Counted from the stretch's first letter, positions 27,070 through 37,961 are shown. The stretch: 64,000 nucleotides of DNA from an uncultured virus (IMG/VR IMGVR_UViG_3300029319_000027) (IMGVR_UViG_3300029319_000027), one strand, 5' to 3'. Program-made: numbers and translations. Notes: generated by a model from the letters alone, not told the origin.

Positions 27070-27316
27070 TTATATCATCCTCTGTCTCAGAGTGGTGGTA
27101 ATGTCCTATTCTTTCAAAAACATCTAATCTTTCGTTGTAGTAATCGCCAATCCCTGCATATAAACCTCTAAAGTTTGCATTATAAGAAGTTTGTATCCAA
27201 CGACCTTCTAAACCTAATTCGTGTAAATATTCTTCGCCTCTATGTTCTTCTTCGTTAGGAACGACAAGAACTTCTTGTACTACATTATTTTCATCTATTT
27301 TTGCAAAATGAGCCAT
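27062..27316 (-). CDS. MAHFAK-type small partner of Gly-rich fibre proteins
   Basis: MAHFAK...WIQTSYN..FRG.YAGIG. Confidence 0.75.
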   Translation of the reverse strand: MAHFAKIDENNVVQEVLVVPNEEEHRGEEYLHELGLEGRWIQTSYNANFRGLYAGIGDYYNERLDVFERIGHYHHSETEDDING

Positions 27317-27317
27317 A

Positions 27318-28331
27318 TTATTGTTCCCACTGATACCTAATTAAAACTATACCACTACCACCATTGCCACCAATTCTGCTACCAGAGGAACCAGAGTAAC
27401 CTCCTCCACCTCCACCCCCACCTGTGTTCGCATCGCCAGAACCTGCTGTAGAAGTAGTGCTTGTTCCTGCTTTTCCACCACCTGCTGAAGCACCACCACC
27501 AGAACCATGACCATTTCTTGTAGCACCTCCTCCACCTGAAGAAAAATAACCACCATCTCCAACAGTAGTTCCAAAATATGAGGAATAATCTATGCCAGCA
27601 CCACCTGTTCCACCATTTGTACCTGCGTTGCCACCTGCACCACCTTTTCCTCCTCCTCCACCACCATTATTAGAACCTGTAGAGCTTCCACCATCATTAC
27701 CTTGTCCAGAAACAGCAGTTCCACCACTTCTATCATTGTTACTGCCTCCACCACCAGAGCCACCATCATTCTCTGTTTTATTAGTGTCGGCACCACCATA
27801 AGGAGCTCCACCACCACCACCTATAACAGTGTTACCAAAAGCACTTGTGTTCGTTCCTTTTCCACCTCTGTTAGGAGAATTGTTCCAACCTCGTCCTCCA
27901 GAACCACCACCTCCTACAGTAATTGTGTAAGCACCTGATAAATCTGAAAATATTTGAGCTGAATATAAAACAGTTCCACCTGCTCCACCTCCACCACAGA
28001 TAACGCCACCTCCACCTCCTGCACCTGCAACTAAAAGATAATCAAAATAAGAAATTGAACCTGTGTCATAAACAGTAAATGTAGAAGTAGCTGTAAACTT
28101 ATGTACTTTATAAACTACGCTGTTGCTATCTGTAAAAGTATAAGTAGTTCCACCAACAGCGTTTGGTGCAGTAAAACCATAGACATTAGCTATCTTAAGT
28201 CCATAGTCTTCTTCTGAAGTAAATTTACCTGATAAGGTCTCTTCTGATGTTGTACTTAATTCACTACCTTCACGAGTTTGTGGGGGTTTTCCTCTATAAC
28301 CGAATATTCGAGGCAGTCTTCTACGAGCCAT
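27318..28331 (-). CDS. Glycine-rich domain virion protein
   Basis: YKVHKFT, YLLVAGAGGGG and GGNGGSGIVLIRY. Confidence 0.8.
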   Translation of the reverse strand: MARRRLPRIFGYRGKPPQTREGSELSTTSEETLSGKFTSEEDYGLKIANVYGFTAPNAVGGTTYTFTDSNSVVYKVHKFTATSTFTVYDTGSISYFDYLLVAGAGGGGGVICGGGGAGGTVLYSAQIFSDLSGAYTITVGGGGSGGRGWNNSPNRGGKGTNTSAFGNTVIGGGGGAPYGGADTNKTENDGGSGGGGSNNDRSGGTAVSGQGNDGGSSTGSNNGGGGGGKGGAGGNAGTNGGTGGAGIDYSSYFGTTVGDGGYFSSGGGGATRNGHGSGGGASAGGGKAGTSTTSTAGSGDANTGGGGGGGGYSGSSGSRIGGNGGSGIVLIRYQWEQ

Positions 28332-28340
28332 TTAGAGCTC

Positions 28341-28673
28341 CTAGGTTATCTCAAGAATACTAGCAAATGCTTCTAAATCTCCTGAAGCTGCTCCACCTTG
28401 TAATTGAATATAATCCCCTGCTTCGAGAACTAATTTAGAAGTACCTGCAAGTTCTAATGTAGAATCAGCAGGAACAGTAATTGTATAAGCTATTCTTGCG
28501 TTTGTTGAAGTATCGCTATCAATGACATCGGCTGTAATTGTATCGTCATTTGTACCATCGATATTTGTAATTCTTAATGTTAAAACTATTGCTGTAGTTG
28601 AAGCAGGGCATGTGTATATAGTCGCAGCAGAAGATGTAATATCTTGATACGCATTCTTAAATGTTTCTGCCAT
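28341..28673 (-). CDS. Small beta-sandwich tail adaptor
   Basis: MAETFKN...IYTCPA...VPADSTL...KLVLEAGD...SILEIT. Confidence 0.7.
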   Translation of the reverse strand: MAETFKNAYQDITSSAATIYTCPASTTAIVLTLRITNIDGTNDDTITADVIDSDTSTNARIAYTITVPADSTLELAGTSKLVLEAGDYIQLQGGAASGDLEAFASILEIT

Positions 28674-28684
28674 TGTGATTTCTC

Positions 28685-28930
28685 CTAACTAAGTGCTACT
28701 ACTAGCCCTAAACTTGCTCCTGCAGAGCCTGTAGCCACTGCATCCCAACTACTACCATTATACACTTCCAATTTTGAGGTTGTTGAGTTGTAGATCAGTT
28801 CCCCTGCAGACAAAGAAGACAAAGCGTCTCTTTCTGTGGTTGTGTAATTTTTAACTCCTACAGGTACAGTGAAATCTACACTAGCTCCTGTAGTTCTTGG
28901 TCTTATTTCATTTACTTTTAATATTGACAT
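28685..28930 (-). CDS. Short tail fibre linker protein
   Basis: ILKVNEI plus YTTTERDAL...IYNSTTSKLEVYNGSSW. Confidence 0.7.
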   Translation of the reverse strand: MSILKVNEIRPRTTGASVDFTVPVGVKNYTTTERDALSSLSAGELIYNSTTSKLEVYNGSSWDAVATGSAGASLGLVVALS

Positions 28931-29299
28931 TTATTCTCTCGCTTCCCAACCTGTTGTATTATCAGATTGATATGCCTCTTCATTCCAAATATAATATACA
29001 CCATCTTCATTTGGTCTATCTATTGGTGCTTCCCATAACCAAGTATTAGTATTTATTGTCCAACTCTCATGTGGTTTAGGACTATAAAATACATCATTCT
29101 CCTCATCATAAGTAAAACCAACACCTGCAAAGTTACCTCTAAGTGGTGTTCCACCTTCTGAATGTTCATTACCCCAAGTGTTATAAGATGTTTGTATCCA
29201 ATCTCCAGGGGAATCATCAACAAATGTATCAAAAAATTCTTCTTCAGCCACTATAACTTTTAAAACTACTCCATCTAAAACTTTTGCAAAATGAGCCAT
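28931..29299 (-). CDS. MAHFAK-type small partner protein
   Basis: MAHFAK...WIQTSYN...LRGNFAGVG.TYD...D.FY.PKP.ESW. Confidence 0.75.
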   Translation of the reverse strand: MAHFAKVLDGVVLKVIVAEEEFFDTFVDDSPGDWIQTSYNTWGNEHSEGGTPLRGNFAGVGFTYDEENDVFYSPKPHESWTINTNTWLWEAPIDRPNEDGVYYIWNEEAYQSDNTTGWEARE

Positions 29300-30417
29300 T
29301 ATGTCGTATACCTCACTATAACTACGCCTGATCCACCATTACCACCTAAAGTTCCTGGGTGCGTACCTCCTGCACCTCCACCACCTTTATTGGTATCTCC
29401 TGATTCAGCAGTTCCATTATTACCAAGGCTATTACCACCACCACCTGTTCCACCAGAAACATCTGTGTTATTGGAATTATCATTTCCACCTGCACCACCA
29501 CCTGCGTAAGCAATATCAGAACCTGTTTGGTAAGCATTATTTAAACCATTTCCACCTACTCCACCAACAGCAGAAGTAGAAGCCCCACCTGCGGCACCAG
29601 CACCTCCACCTCCTCCTCCACCACCAGAGTTGTTAGAAGTTCCACCATTGTTACCTTGTCCAGAAATTCCTGTACCGGCAGAGCCTACTTGTTCAGCACC
29701 TTGTAATCCTCCACCACTTCCTCCATTTCCTGCGTTGTTAGCAGAACCTGCAGAACCTCCTTGACCACCACCTGTAGCTGTGTAGCCAAAGCCTGTTGTG
29801 TCATTTCCAGATGTAGCAGCACTACCATTACCATCAGTGGAGTTTCCTCTTGCTCCTCCACTACCTATAACTATTGAATAATTTTGTGCAGAAACAGAAA
29901 CACCTGTTTGTGCAAGCAGTCCCCCTGCACCACCACCACCTGCATTGTCATTTCCTCCTGCACCTCCACCTGCAACGAGTAAAACATCTACAGATGAAGT
30001 AGCACCTGCTGCTGTTACTTGAAAAGTTCCTGAAGAAGTAAATGTGTGTGATTTATAATTTACGCCATCAATAGTATAAGTTTGAGTGGTATTTCCTCCA
30101 GATGCAGTTACACCTGAACCTGAACCTGAAACTTCTATTGAAACCCACTCTGATCCACTACCATCATATACTTTAACTCTTTTGGTAGTTGTGTCGTAAA
30201 CCATTTCTCCATCAGCCATACCTGTTAATGCATCAATTTGTGTTGTAGTTAATTGTTTTAGTTTAAGTGATGAATTTAAAGCTACGCCTGAACCTGAAGT
30301 TTTTTCTTCTACTGTATCTGTCAATACAACATTGTCTTTCATTTTTACGCCATCAATAGTTACTCCATTAGCTGAAGTATTCTCTGATATAGTATCTACT
30401 TTTATTTCACTAGCCAT
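29299..30417 (-). CDS. Glycine-rich domain virion protein
   Basis: SEIKVDTI, YKSHTFTSSGTF, LLVAGGGAGG and GGSGVVIVRY. Confidence 0.8.
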   Translation of the reverse strand: MASEIKVDTISENTSANGVTIDGVKMKDNVVLTDTVEEKTSGSGVALNSSLKLKQLTTTQIDALTGMADGEMVYDTTTKRVKVYDGSGSEWVSIEVSGSGSGVTASGGNTTQTYTIDGVNYKSHTFTSSGTFQVTAAGATSSVDVLLVAGGGAGGNDNAGGGGAGGLLAQTGVSVSAQNYSIVIGSGGARGNSTDGNGSAATSGNDTTGFGYTATGGGQGGSAGSANNAGNGGSGGGLQGAEQVGSAGTGISGQGNNGGTSNNSGGGGGGGGAGAAGGASTSAVGGVGGNGLNNAYQTGSDIAYAGGGAGGNDNSNNTDVSGGTGGGGNSLGNNGTAESGDTNKGGGGAGGTHPGTLGGNGGSGVVIVRYTT

Positions 30418-30448
30418 TATTCTCCTAAACTATCGTATTCTTCACATG

Positions 30449-31201
30449 TCATAATGAAAACCTTGAATCAAATGTGCTAAATCTATCAGATATTTCAGAG
30501 GCAGATGAAGCACTACCTTTTATGGACCAATAATAAAATCTACTATCCTGGTATCTAGTAGGATTGTAATTTGTTTCTCTACCAAATACTAAGTTTTTAT
30601 CACTTTTGTAACTTGCATTTAAAACACCTCTATCTGATTCAGCTACTGTGGTAGTTGATACATTTGTTACAGAACTACCTTTTCCAAAATAAGATTTTAA
30701 GGTTGTTCCATCATAAGTAGCAGCACAATAAACTTTTGTATTAGAAGTATAAGAATAAGCTGAGTTACTACTTGATTGTGTTCTGTCATCTAAACTATAA
30801 TTAGTTCCATTAAAATTAAATACCCAAGCGTTCCAACCTGTCGTAGCTTGAGTAGTAACCATTCTAAAACCAAATTCATTACTTTGATTAAAGTTAAATC
30901 TAGGATATGCGTGTTGTACAGCGTCTGCTCTAAATACACATTCAATCGTAAAAGCACTTAATGAATCAAATGCTGTTCCTACATCTACTTGTGCGTAATC
31001 TGCTGAACCATCTACATCAACATACTTGGTGGCACCTGAACCTGCAACTGTAGTAGAAGTCAATGTTGCATTTAATCCACTACCACTATTGTCTGTCCAA
31101 GTAGACCCACTACCATATTGAGCATCTAACTCAATAATAAACTCTTGACCACTAGGAGCTAGTGAAAAACTATTACGAGCAACGCCTAATGCAACACCCA
31201 T
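30449..31201 (-). CDS. LamG/ConA-like lectin-domain virion protein
   Basis: ELDA...WTDNSG.G.NATL, FTIECVF and ATYDGTTL. Confidence 0.75.
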   Translation of the reverse strand: MGVALGVARNSFSLAPSGQEFIIELDAQYGSGSTWTDNSGSGLNATLTSTTVAGSGATKYVDVDGSADYAQVDVGTAFDSLSAFTIECVFRADAVQHAYPRFNFNQSNEFGFRMVTTQATTGWNAWVFNFNGTNYSLDDRTQSSSNSAYSYTSNTKVYCAATYDGTTLKSYFGKGSSVTNVSTTTVAESDRGVLNASYKSDKNLVFGRETNYNPTRYQDSRFYYWSIKGSASSASEISDRFSTFDSRFSL

Positions 31202-31740
31202 TATCCCATATCCTGTAAAGCGTTTAAGTATGGTGTTCCTGCATTTAAAAATATAAAAGTTACAATATCTATTTTGCCACTTCCTGTTGTCATAGTGTAC
31301 CCACCTGCACCTACTGTTTTGGCTGTAACATCACTTCCACCATTTACAGTAACTGCATTAATAGCTACAGTTCTGTCGGAAGAATCTTGTGTAATTTCTA
31401 AAACAAAAGAAACAGCACCAGAAGTCGGTACATTAGTAAAATCTATATCAGTTACATTTTCAGATAATGTTATTGTTCCAACATTTCCATTATTCATATC
31501 TATAGAAACTACGCCAGATGAAGAAGATAAAGTTTGTATAGTTTCTGAGTAATCTTTTAAATTAAAACTTTCTATGCCTGAATCTTTGACTTTAACACCA
31601 TCAATAGTTACTCCTGCAGCAGAAGTGCTTTCACTAATAGTATCTGTTAAAACAACATTATCTTTAAGTTTTACACCATCTATGGTTACACCATTAGCAG
31701 ATGTTTGTTCGTTTATTGTATCTACATTAAGTTCTGACAT
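31201..31740 (-). CDS. Tail fibre-associated protein
   Basis: SELNVDTI.EQTSANGVTIDGV shared with 29299-30417. Confidence 0.7.
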   Translation of the reverse strand: MSELNVDTINEQTSANGVTIDGVKLKDNVVLTDTISESTSAAGVTIDGVKVKDSGIESFNLKDYSETIQTLSSSSGVVSIDMNNGNVGTITLSENVTDIDFTNVPTSGAVSFVLEITQDSSDRTVAINAVTVNGGSDVTAKTVGAGGYTMTTGSGKIDIVTFIFLNAGTPYLNALQDMG

Positions 31741-31931
31741 TACTTAGTTCCTTCAGCCTTTCCCAAATAGTTTTCTGGATCATATTTGCTATCAACAAAG
31801 TCTGATAAAGACTTCTCTATCATATTATAGTCTATTTCAACAGGGTCTTGCATGAGTAGAAAGGTCTTGTAAGTCCAAAATCCTCCCCAAAATAGTGCAA
31901 AGCCTAATAATACTCCTAGTAAAAAATCCAT
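31740..31931 (-). CDS. Small membrane protein
   Basis: MDFLLGVLLGFALFWGG; ATG 31931 follows GAGG. Confidence 0.55.
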   Translation of the reverse strand: MDFLLGVLLGFALFWGGFWTYKTFLLMQDPVEIDYNMIEKSLSDFVDSKYDPENYLGKAEGTK

Positions 31932-32013
31932 TATTCTTCTTCCTCTGTCCACTCAACCCACTCGTTGTCGTGAGTAGCTCTGTGTATGTGAAAGTTAGCG
32001 TGTGAATAAATCA

Positions 32014-35000
32014 TTAAACAACCACCAATGTTCCTGCGACATCTAATGTGCCTTCTACATCCATTGGACCTGCTGCAACAGTTCCTGTATCTGCTGCAAT
32101 AGTAAAACTTTCTCCTGAAGCTAATGTTTGTCTGTGTAGGAAGAAACCACCATTAGCAGAGGCAGTAACATTTGTATCCATAACAAATCTCTCACTGCCA
32201 CCTGTATCAAATCTTATCTTATCTTCATCAGAGCTTTCTTCTACATGAACTCTTGTATCTCCATCAGCGTCTTCAATATTTGTAGGTCTTTGAGGTACGA
32301 AGTTAGAACCATTATAAACTAAGCTATCTCCTGAGGCTACACCTGAAGTAGCTACATCTGATAAATCATCTAGTGCAGAAGTAGAAGCTACATCTCCCCA
32401 ACTTATACCACCTGAACCATTAGTTATTAATGCTTGTCCATTATTACCTGAAGTACCATTAATCTTTAATTTTGCAGACTTGACATCTACAACACCATCA
32501 GATTCTATTCTTATTCTTTCTGTTCCTGCTGTAAACATTCTGATGTCGTCAACATCAGTAGTAGCTTCAACTTGTATCTTTGTATCTGTATCAGCGTCTG
32601 TAAAGCTTGTAGCACTAGCACTAGAAGAAGTAATCTGTATAGGATCAACAGTTCCATCTGTTAGTGTTACATCAATATCTGTACCTGTCGCACCAATATT
32701 TAAGAAATCAATATCGTCTTCTGTTGTATCTGCGAGGGTAAAGTCTAATGCACCTGTTAAGGCACCTCCTCCACCACCACCTGTAAGGTTTGACTTAGTT
32801 ACTTTCTTGTAAGCAGTTGCACTTGTATCGTAAACAAGTATTAAGTCATCATCAGCAGGAGAGCTGTCTGCAGTCAATCCTGTTATAGCAGAAGTTGTTA
32901 ATCCTGTAGCGTTACCTTCTAAGTCAGCAACTATTGTTCCTGCAGTACCACTAAATACTTCTGAGTTATTTGTAGCGTCAGGTATGAAAGTAAATTTACC
33001 TGTGCTGTCGTCAAATCCAAAGAAACCTACTTTTGCAGCAGAACCTGTGTGGTATCTAAATTCAATACCTCTATCTTTATTATCATCTGAGCCTGGGGCA
33101 GTATCTCCACCTATTGTAAAGATTGGGTCATCAACAGTAACTGTTGTACTGTTTACAGTTGTTGTAGTTCCATTTACTGTTAAGTTTCCTGTAATAGCTG
33201 TATTACCACTAACAGTTAAGTCGTTAGTAACAGTTAAATCATTACCTATGGTTGTATCGCTAGGTAATCCTATAGTTATTGTTCCTGAACTCTCAGCAAC
33301 CTCTACTTCATTAGAAGTTCCTGAGAATGTAATAGTTCCACCTAATGCAGTTGCAGTAGAATTAGAACCATCTGTAACTGTTATAGAACTATTAGCTAAT
33401 TGTGTATTTGGAATAGAACTTGTGTCTATTTCTCCTGTAGAAGAGTTGTAAGCTAATCCTGAGCCTGAAGCAACAGAGATAGCACTTCGACTTCTAGCAT
33501 TTGTGAAATAAAGATTTGAAGAACCTTCTGTTAAGTTGTCAGTTGTTTTTGTACCTAATTGTGTATCAAACCTTGCGTTTGTGTAGTAAAGATTACTTGA
33601 ACCTTCTGCAATATCGTCTGTATCAGCAGTAAAGTTAACGAAAGCAGAACCATTATATTTTATTAATTGTCCATTAGATGGAGAAGTAATAGTTGTATCT
33701 GTTAATCCACTAAATGTTGCAGTAACATCCCCTGGTTCAAATCTTGAGTTGCTTGAGCTATAAACTAATGCTTGACCGTTTGTTACTCCTGAAGTAGTTA
33801 CATCGCTTAAGTCTCCTACAGCCACAGAACCTAAATCAATATCTACTTCATTGTTAGAAGTATCATCTGTGATTGTTATCTTGGCAGAACCTGCATTTAG
33901 TTTTTTGAACTGTAAGTCTTCTCCGACTTTACCATCGAATATACCAACACCTGCAGTACCGACATTAGAAGCTGTGTTAGATTCTCCTGAACCTGCTAAT
34001 CCTGATACTGAGAATAATGCGTAACTACCTGCTGAGTTATCCCATGCAACAACTTTGCCGTCATCGGAAGAACCAGGAGTAGATATACCAACATCATTTA
34101 AATCTTCTAATTTAGCTGCTGATATTCTTGCATCAGCTCTAGCGTTTGTGAAGTAAAGATTAGTTGAACCCTCTGTTAAGTTATCAGTAGTCTTAGTTCC
34201 TAATCTTGTATCAAACCTAGCGTTTGTATAGTAAAGGTTTGTTCCCTCTGATAAATCGCTAGTACTAAATCCTGATAAAGATACAGTTGCATCTATAGCA
34301 CCATCATTGGCATCATCATAAGCAAAAGAAATACCTGTGTGAGAACCATTTGTTACAATCTGTCCACCAACTATATCTTGTACTTCTTCATTACTTAATG
34401 AAGCTGTATTAGCAATAGTTAATGTTCCCGCAGCGTCATCATAGGTAACAGATATATCTGTACCTGCAGTTATAACTCCTGCTACATAATCTTCTACTTG
34501 TTCTTGTGTAAGTTGTGTATTGGTATCAGTTGAGGCAATTGTTAAAGTATTAGCAGCATCATCATAAGTAAGAGATACATTTGAACCTGCTGTAAGTAAA
34601 GCATTTACTCTATCATCAACTCTCTCATTAGTGAAATATAAGTTGGAGGAGCCTTCACTTAGGCTGTCTGTATCGTGATTAGCAATACTAGAAACAGTTC
34701 CTGTTACATTACCTGTTAAGTTTCCTGTAACATTCCCGGTCAAGGCTCCTTCAAAAGTCCCTGCCACAAATGTCTCAGAACCAACAGTCCATTTATCGTC
34801 TGTTTCGTTCCAAATTAAAGTCTTGTTACTGTCATCTCCACGCTCTATTTCTATACCACCATTTTCTGATGCAGAGCCTGTGGCGTTTGAATTTATAAGA
34901 ATTACATTATCAGCTAATGCTATGGTCTCTGTGTTAACAGTTGTAGTTGTTCCTGATACAGTTAAATCTCCTGAAACAGTTAGATCATTAAATGTTACAT

Positions 35001-37956
35001 CTGAAGTTGTTCCTACAGCCTGACCAATGCTAATTTGACCTGAAGATAGAGTTACACCTGTTCCTGCTGAGAAATGTGCTCTAGTTTCTGAAGCACTAGG
35101 TCCTGTATAAGTTATGACACCTGTTCCTGAGTTATATGCTAATGAACCATCGCCACCACTATCTGTTACAGATATGTGTGCTCTTACTTCTGATGCAGAT
35201 GGACCTGTATATGTTATTACTCCTGTTGAAGAGTTGTAGGATAAAGAACCATCTCCACCACTGTCTGTAACTGAAATAGCACTTCTAGCTCTTGCATTAG
35301 TAAAGTAAAGATTTGATGTTCCCTCGGATAAATCATCTGTATCACTAGCAGATAGGCTTGAACCTGCGACTGATACAACTGAATCTCCACCCATTCCTGA
35401 GTGTGCAGTACAGTAATAATATAAAGTATCTGCTGTTGCTGCGTTAACAACAATTTGTGTATAGGCTCCTGCTGAACCTGGGTTACCTGAAGTAGTTACA
35501 TTTGTTGTATAAGCAGAACCTCCACCATGAGTTCCGTCTTGTGTTGTAGATAATCTAAATGGATGTCCTGAGTTGGAGCTATCAGATTGGTCAAATCTAT
35601 AAACCATACCTGGAGCAAGTTGAATACTTGCTGCTGTTTCTCCATCTAAGTGATATTTATTACCACTGACATTTGCTACTGTTACAGCAAATTCAACAAT
35701 TGCACTTCCTTGTACATCAAGAACTCCACCACCCATGCCTGAGTGAGCTGAACATTTGTAGAATAATCTATCTGCTGTAGCACCATCTACAACTATTTGT
35801 GTATAAGCACCTGAAGAACCTGGTGTACCATTTGTGCTAACACCTGTACTGTAAGTACTTCCATCTAAAGATTCAGATAGTAAAAGTGGATGACCTGAGT
35901 TAGAGTTGTCTGATTGGTCAAATCTATATGTAACGCCAGGTATTAGTTTTACACTTGCAGAGGCTTCGCCATCTAAGAAATATTTATTACTACCTGATGC
36001 GTTAGAAACAGTAACAGCGTATGAAATAATTGCTGTGTTATCTTCAAAACTTATTGTTTTATTAGTAAGAGTATCTGTTGATGATTCAGTAACTACAGTT
36101 GAATCTATAGATATTGCACCTGATGAGAAGTCAATACCTGTTCCACCACTTAAATAACTTTCTACTCTTGCATCTGTGTAGTAAAGATTTGAAGAACCTT
36201 CAGATAAATTATCTGTATCTTTTGTTGCAAGTCTTGTATCAAATCTTGTGTTAGTGTAATAAAGATTTCCTGAACCTTCAGTTATATCATCTGTATCTAA
36301 GCTGACACTTCCACCAAGGCTTACAGCATTTGAGTTTATTGTTATTGAGCTATTTGCTAACTGAGTATTAGCTATTGCAGAAGTACCAAACTCTCCTGTG
36401 CTTGAGTTATAAGTTAAACCTGATCCTGATGCTATCGATACTGCACCTCTACTTCTAGCATCGGTGTAATAAAGATTAGAACTTCCTTCAGTAACATTGT
36501 CTGTATCAAACTCACTGAAATCTATACTTATAGTTCCTGAGGCTTCAGTTATACCTGTGCCACCTGTTAGATATGTAGAAACTCTTGCGTCTGTGTAGTA
36601 AAGATTAGTTCCTTCTGATAAATCACTTGTTGATTTACCTGAGAATGCAGAATCAAATCTTGCAGTTGTATAGTATAAATTGCTAGAACCTTCGCTTAAG
36701 CTATCAGTGTCATGGTTGCTTATGCTTGATACTGTACCTGTTACATTTCCTGTAAGATTAGCTTCTACAGTTCCTGCAACAAAAGTTTCAGAACCTATTG
36801 TCCACTTATCATCAGTTTCATTCCATATAAAAGTTTTGTTAGTTGAGGTTCCTCTTTCAATTTCAATACCACCGTTTTCGGTAGGAGAACCTGTTACATT
36901 ATTGTTTAATACAATTATGTTGTCATCAACTGTTAATGTTTCAGTTGATACTGTTGTTGTAGAACCTGATACTGTTAAGTTACCTGTAACAGTAAGGTTA
37001 TTTCCTACAGTTACATCATTTGGTAATCCTACAGTGAAAGTATTAGATGAATTGCTTATTTCTACTTCGTTTGCAGTTCCTTGGATAGTTAATGTATCGC
37101 TATCAAGGTTTACTGTAGAGTTAGTAGAACCATCACTAACAGTTAGATCATCATCTACATCTATTGCATCAACATAAGTTTTAACAGCTTTTGCTGATGG
37201 GATTGTATCATCTGAAGAACTTACACTAGAAAGGTCTGTATCTAAGACACCTGATTTAAGATTATCAACTTCTATATTAGAAACAGTATTGTTATCTACA
37301 TCTATTGTTTTGTTAGTAAGAGTTTCTGAACCTGTTTTAGTTGCAAAACCTGAGTTAGTGTTTGAGTAATTAGCTAAGTCATTATCAACAACGAAATCCA
37401 TTGTTCCGTCAGAATCCTCATAAGTAACAGTGATTAATGTTTCAGTATTACCTGTGAGCATTCCACCAACAAAGTCTTCAATGCTTTCTTCATTTTGTAT
37501 TTGACCTGCAACATAATCAATAATCGCTGCAGTAGTTGGTAAAGATGTGTCATTGTCAGAACCTGCTATTCCCTCTGATTCAGTAACAATTGCAGATAAA
37601 GTAACACTATCTAAAGATAAGGTTGAAAGTGTTAATCCTGTAAATTGTGGACTATCAGAACTAGACAACCCTAATGAACTTCTTGCAGTGTTTCCTGATT
37701 CTGTAACAAAATTAGAACCATCGCCAACAATAAATACACCATCTGTAGGTGTAAGGTTTGATATATCAGTTAACTGTGCATCAAAAGCCTGAATATCTGA
37801 ACCAATGGCTAATCCTAAAGCAGTTCTAGCACCTGCTGCAGAAATTGCACCTGTACCACCATCTGCTATTGCGATAAAATCTGAGGCTTGAAACTCTGCA
37901 AAGCCGACTAAATCGGAACCTGAGTAATCGCCTCTAATTGGATTTTTTGCTGCCAT
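32014..37956 (-). CDS. Long tail fibre (1980 aa)
   Basis: Many TD.L.EG.SNLY(Y/F)T repeats, GNLTV.GTTTTV / GIEIERG modules and two cupredoxin-like domains. Confidence 0.85.
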   Translation of the reverse strand: MAAKNPIRGDYSGSDLVGFAEFQASDFIAIADGGTGAISAAGARTALGLAIGSDIQAFDAQLTDISNLTPTDGVFIVGDGSNFVTESGNTARSSLGLSSSDSPQFTGLTLSTLSLDSVTLSAIVTESEGIAGSDNDTSLPTTAAIIDYVAGQIQNEESIEDFVGGMLTGNTETLITVTYEDSDGTMDFVVDNDLANYSNTNSGFATKTGSETLTNKTIDVDNNTVSNIEVDNLKSGVLDTDLSSVSSSDDTIPSAKAVKTYVDAIDVDDDLTVSDGSTNSTVNLDSDTLTIQGTANEVEISNSSNTFTVGLPNDVTVGNNLTVTGNLTVSGSTTTVSTETLTVDDNIIVLNNNVTGSPTENGGIEIERGTSTNKTFIWNETDDKWTIGSETFVAGTVEANLTGNVTGTVSSISNHDTDSLSEGSSNLYYTTARFDSAFSGKSTSDLSEGTNLYYTDARVSTYLTGGTGITEASGTISIDFSEFDTDNVTEGSSNLYYTDARSRGAVSIASGSGLTYNSSTGEFGTSAIANTQLANSSITINSNAVSLGGSVSLDTDDITEGSGNLYYTNTRFDTRLATKDTDNLSEGSSNLYYTDARVESYLSGGTGIDFSSGAISIDSTVVTESSTDTLTNKTISFEDNTAIISYAVTVSNASGSNKYFLDGEASASVKLIPGVTYRFDQSDNSNSGHPLLLSESLDGSTYSTGVSTNGTPGSSGAYTQIVVDGATADRLFYKCSAHSGMGGGVLDVQGSAIVEFAVTVANVSGNKYHLDGETAASIQLAPGMVYRFDQSDSSNSGHPFRLSTTQDGTHGGGSAYTTNVTTSGNPGSAGAYTQIVVNAATADTLYYYCTAHSGMGGDSVVSVAGSSLSASDTDDLSEGTSNLYFTNARARSAISVTDSGGDGSLSYNSSTGVITYTGPSASEVRAHISVTDSGGDGSLAYNSGTGVITYTGPSASETRAHFSAGTGVTLSSGQISIGQAVGTTSDVTFNDLTVSGDLTVSGTTTTVNTETIALADNVILINSNATGSASENGGIEIERGDDSNKTLIWNETDDKWTVGSETFVAGTFEGALTGNVTGNLTGNVTGTVSSIANHDTDSLSEGSSNLYFTNERVDDRVNALLTAGSNVSLTYDDAANTLTIASTDTNTQLTQEQVEDYVAGVITAGTDISVTYDDAAGTLTIANTASLSNEEVQDIVGGQIVTNGSHTGISFAYDDANDGAIDATVSLSGFSTSDLSEGTNLYYTNARFDTRLGTKTTDNLTEGSTNLYFTNARADARISAAKLEDLNDVGISTPGSSDDGKVVAWDNSAGSYALFSVSGLAGSGESNTASNVGTAGVGIFDGKVGEDLQFKKLNAGSAKITITDDTSNNEVDIDLGSVAVGDLSDVTTSGVTNGQALVYSSSNSRFEPGDVTATFSGLTDTTITSPSNGQLIKYNGSAFVNFTADTDDIAEGSSNLYYTNARFDTQLGTKTTDNLTEGSSNLYFTNARSRSAISVASGSGLAYNSSTGEIDTSSIPNTQLANSSITVTDGSNSTATALGGTITFSGTSNEVEVAESSGTITIGLPSDTTIGNDLTVTNDLTVSGNTAITGNLTVNGTTTTVNSTTVTVDDPIFTIGGDTAPGSDDNKDRGIEFRYHTGSAAKVGFFGFDDSTGKFTFIPDATNNSEVFSGTAGTIVADLEGNATGLTTSAITGLTADSSPADDDLILVYDTSATAYKKVTKSNLTGGGGGGALTGALDFTLADTTEDDIDFLNIGATGTDIDVTLTDGTVDPIQITSSSASATSFTDADTDTKIQVEATTDVDDIRMFTAGTERIRIESDGVVDVKSAKLKINGTSGNNGQALITNGSGGISWGDVASTSALDDLSDVATSGVASGDSLVYNGSNFVPQRPTNIEDADGDTRVHVEESSDEDKIRFDTGGSERFVMDTNVTASANGGFFLHRQTLASGESFTIAADTGTVAAGPMDVEGTLDVAGTLVVV

Positions 37957-37961
37957 TTTCC

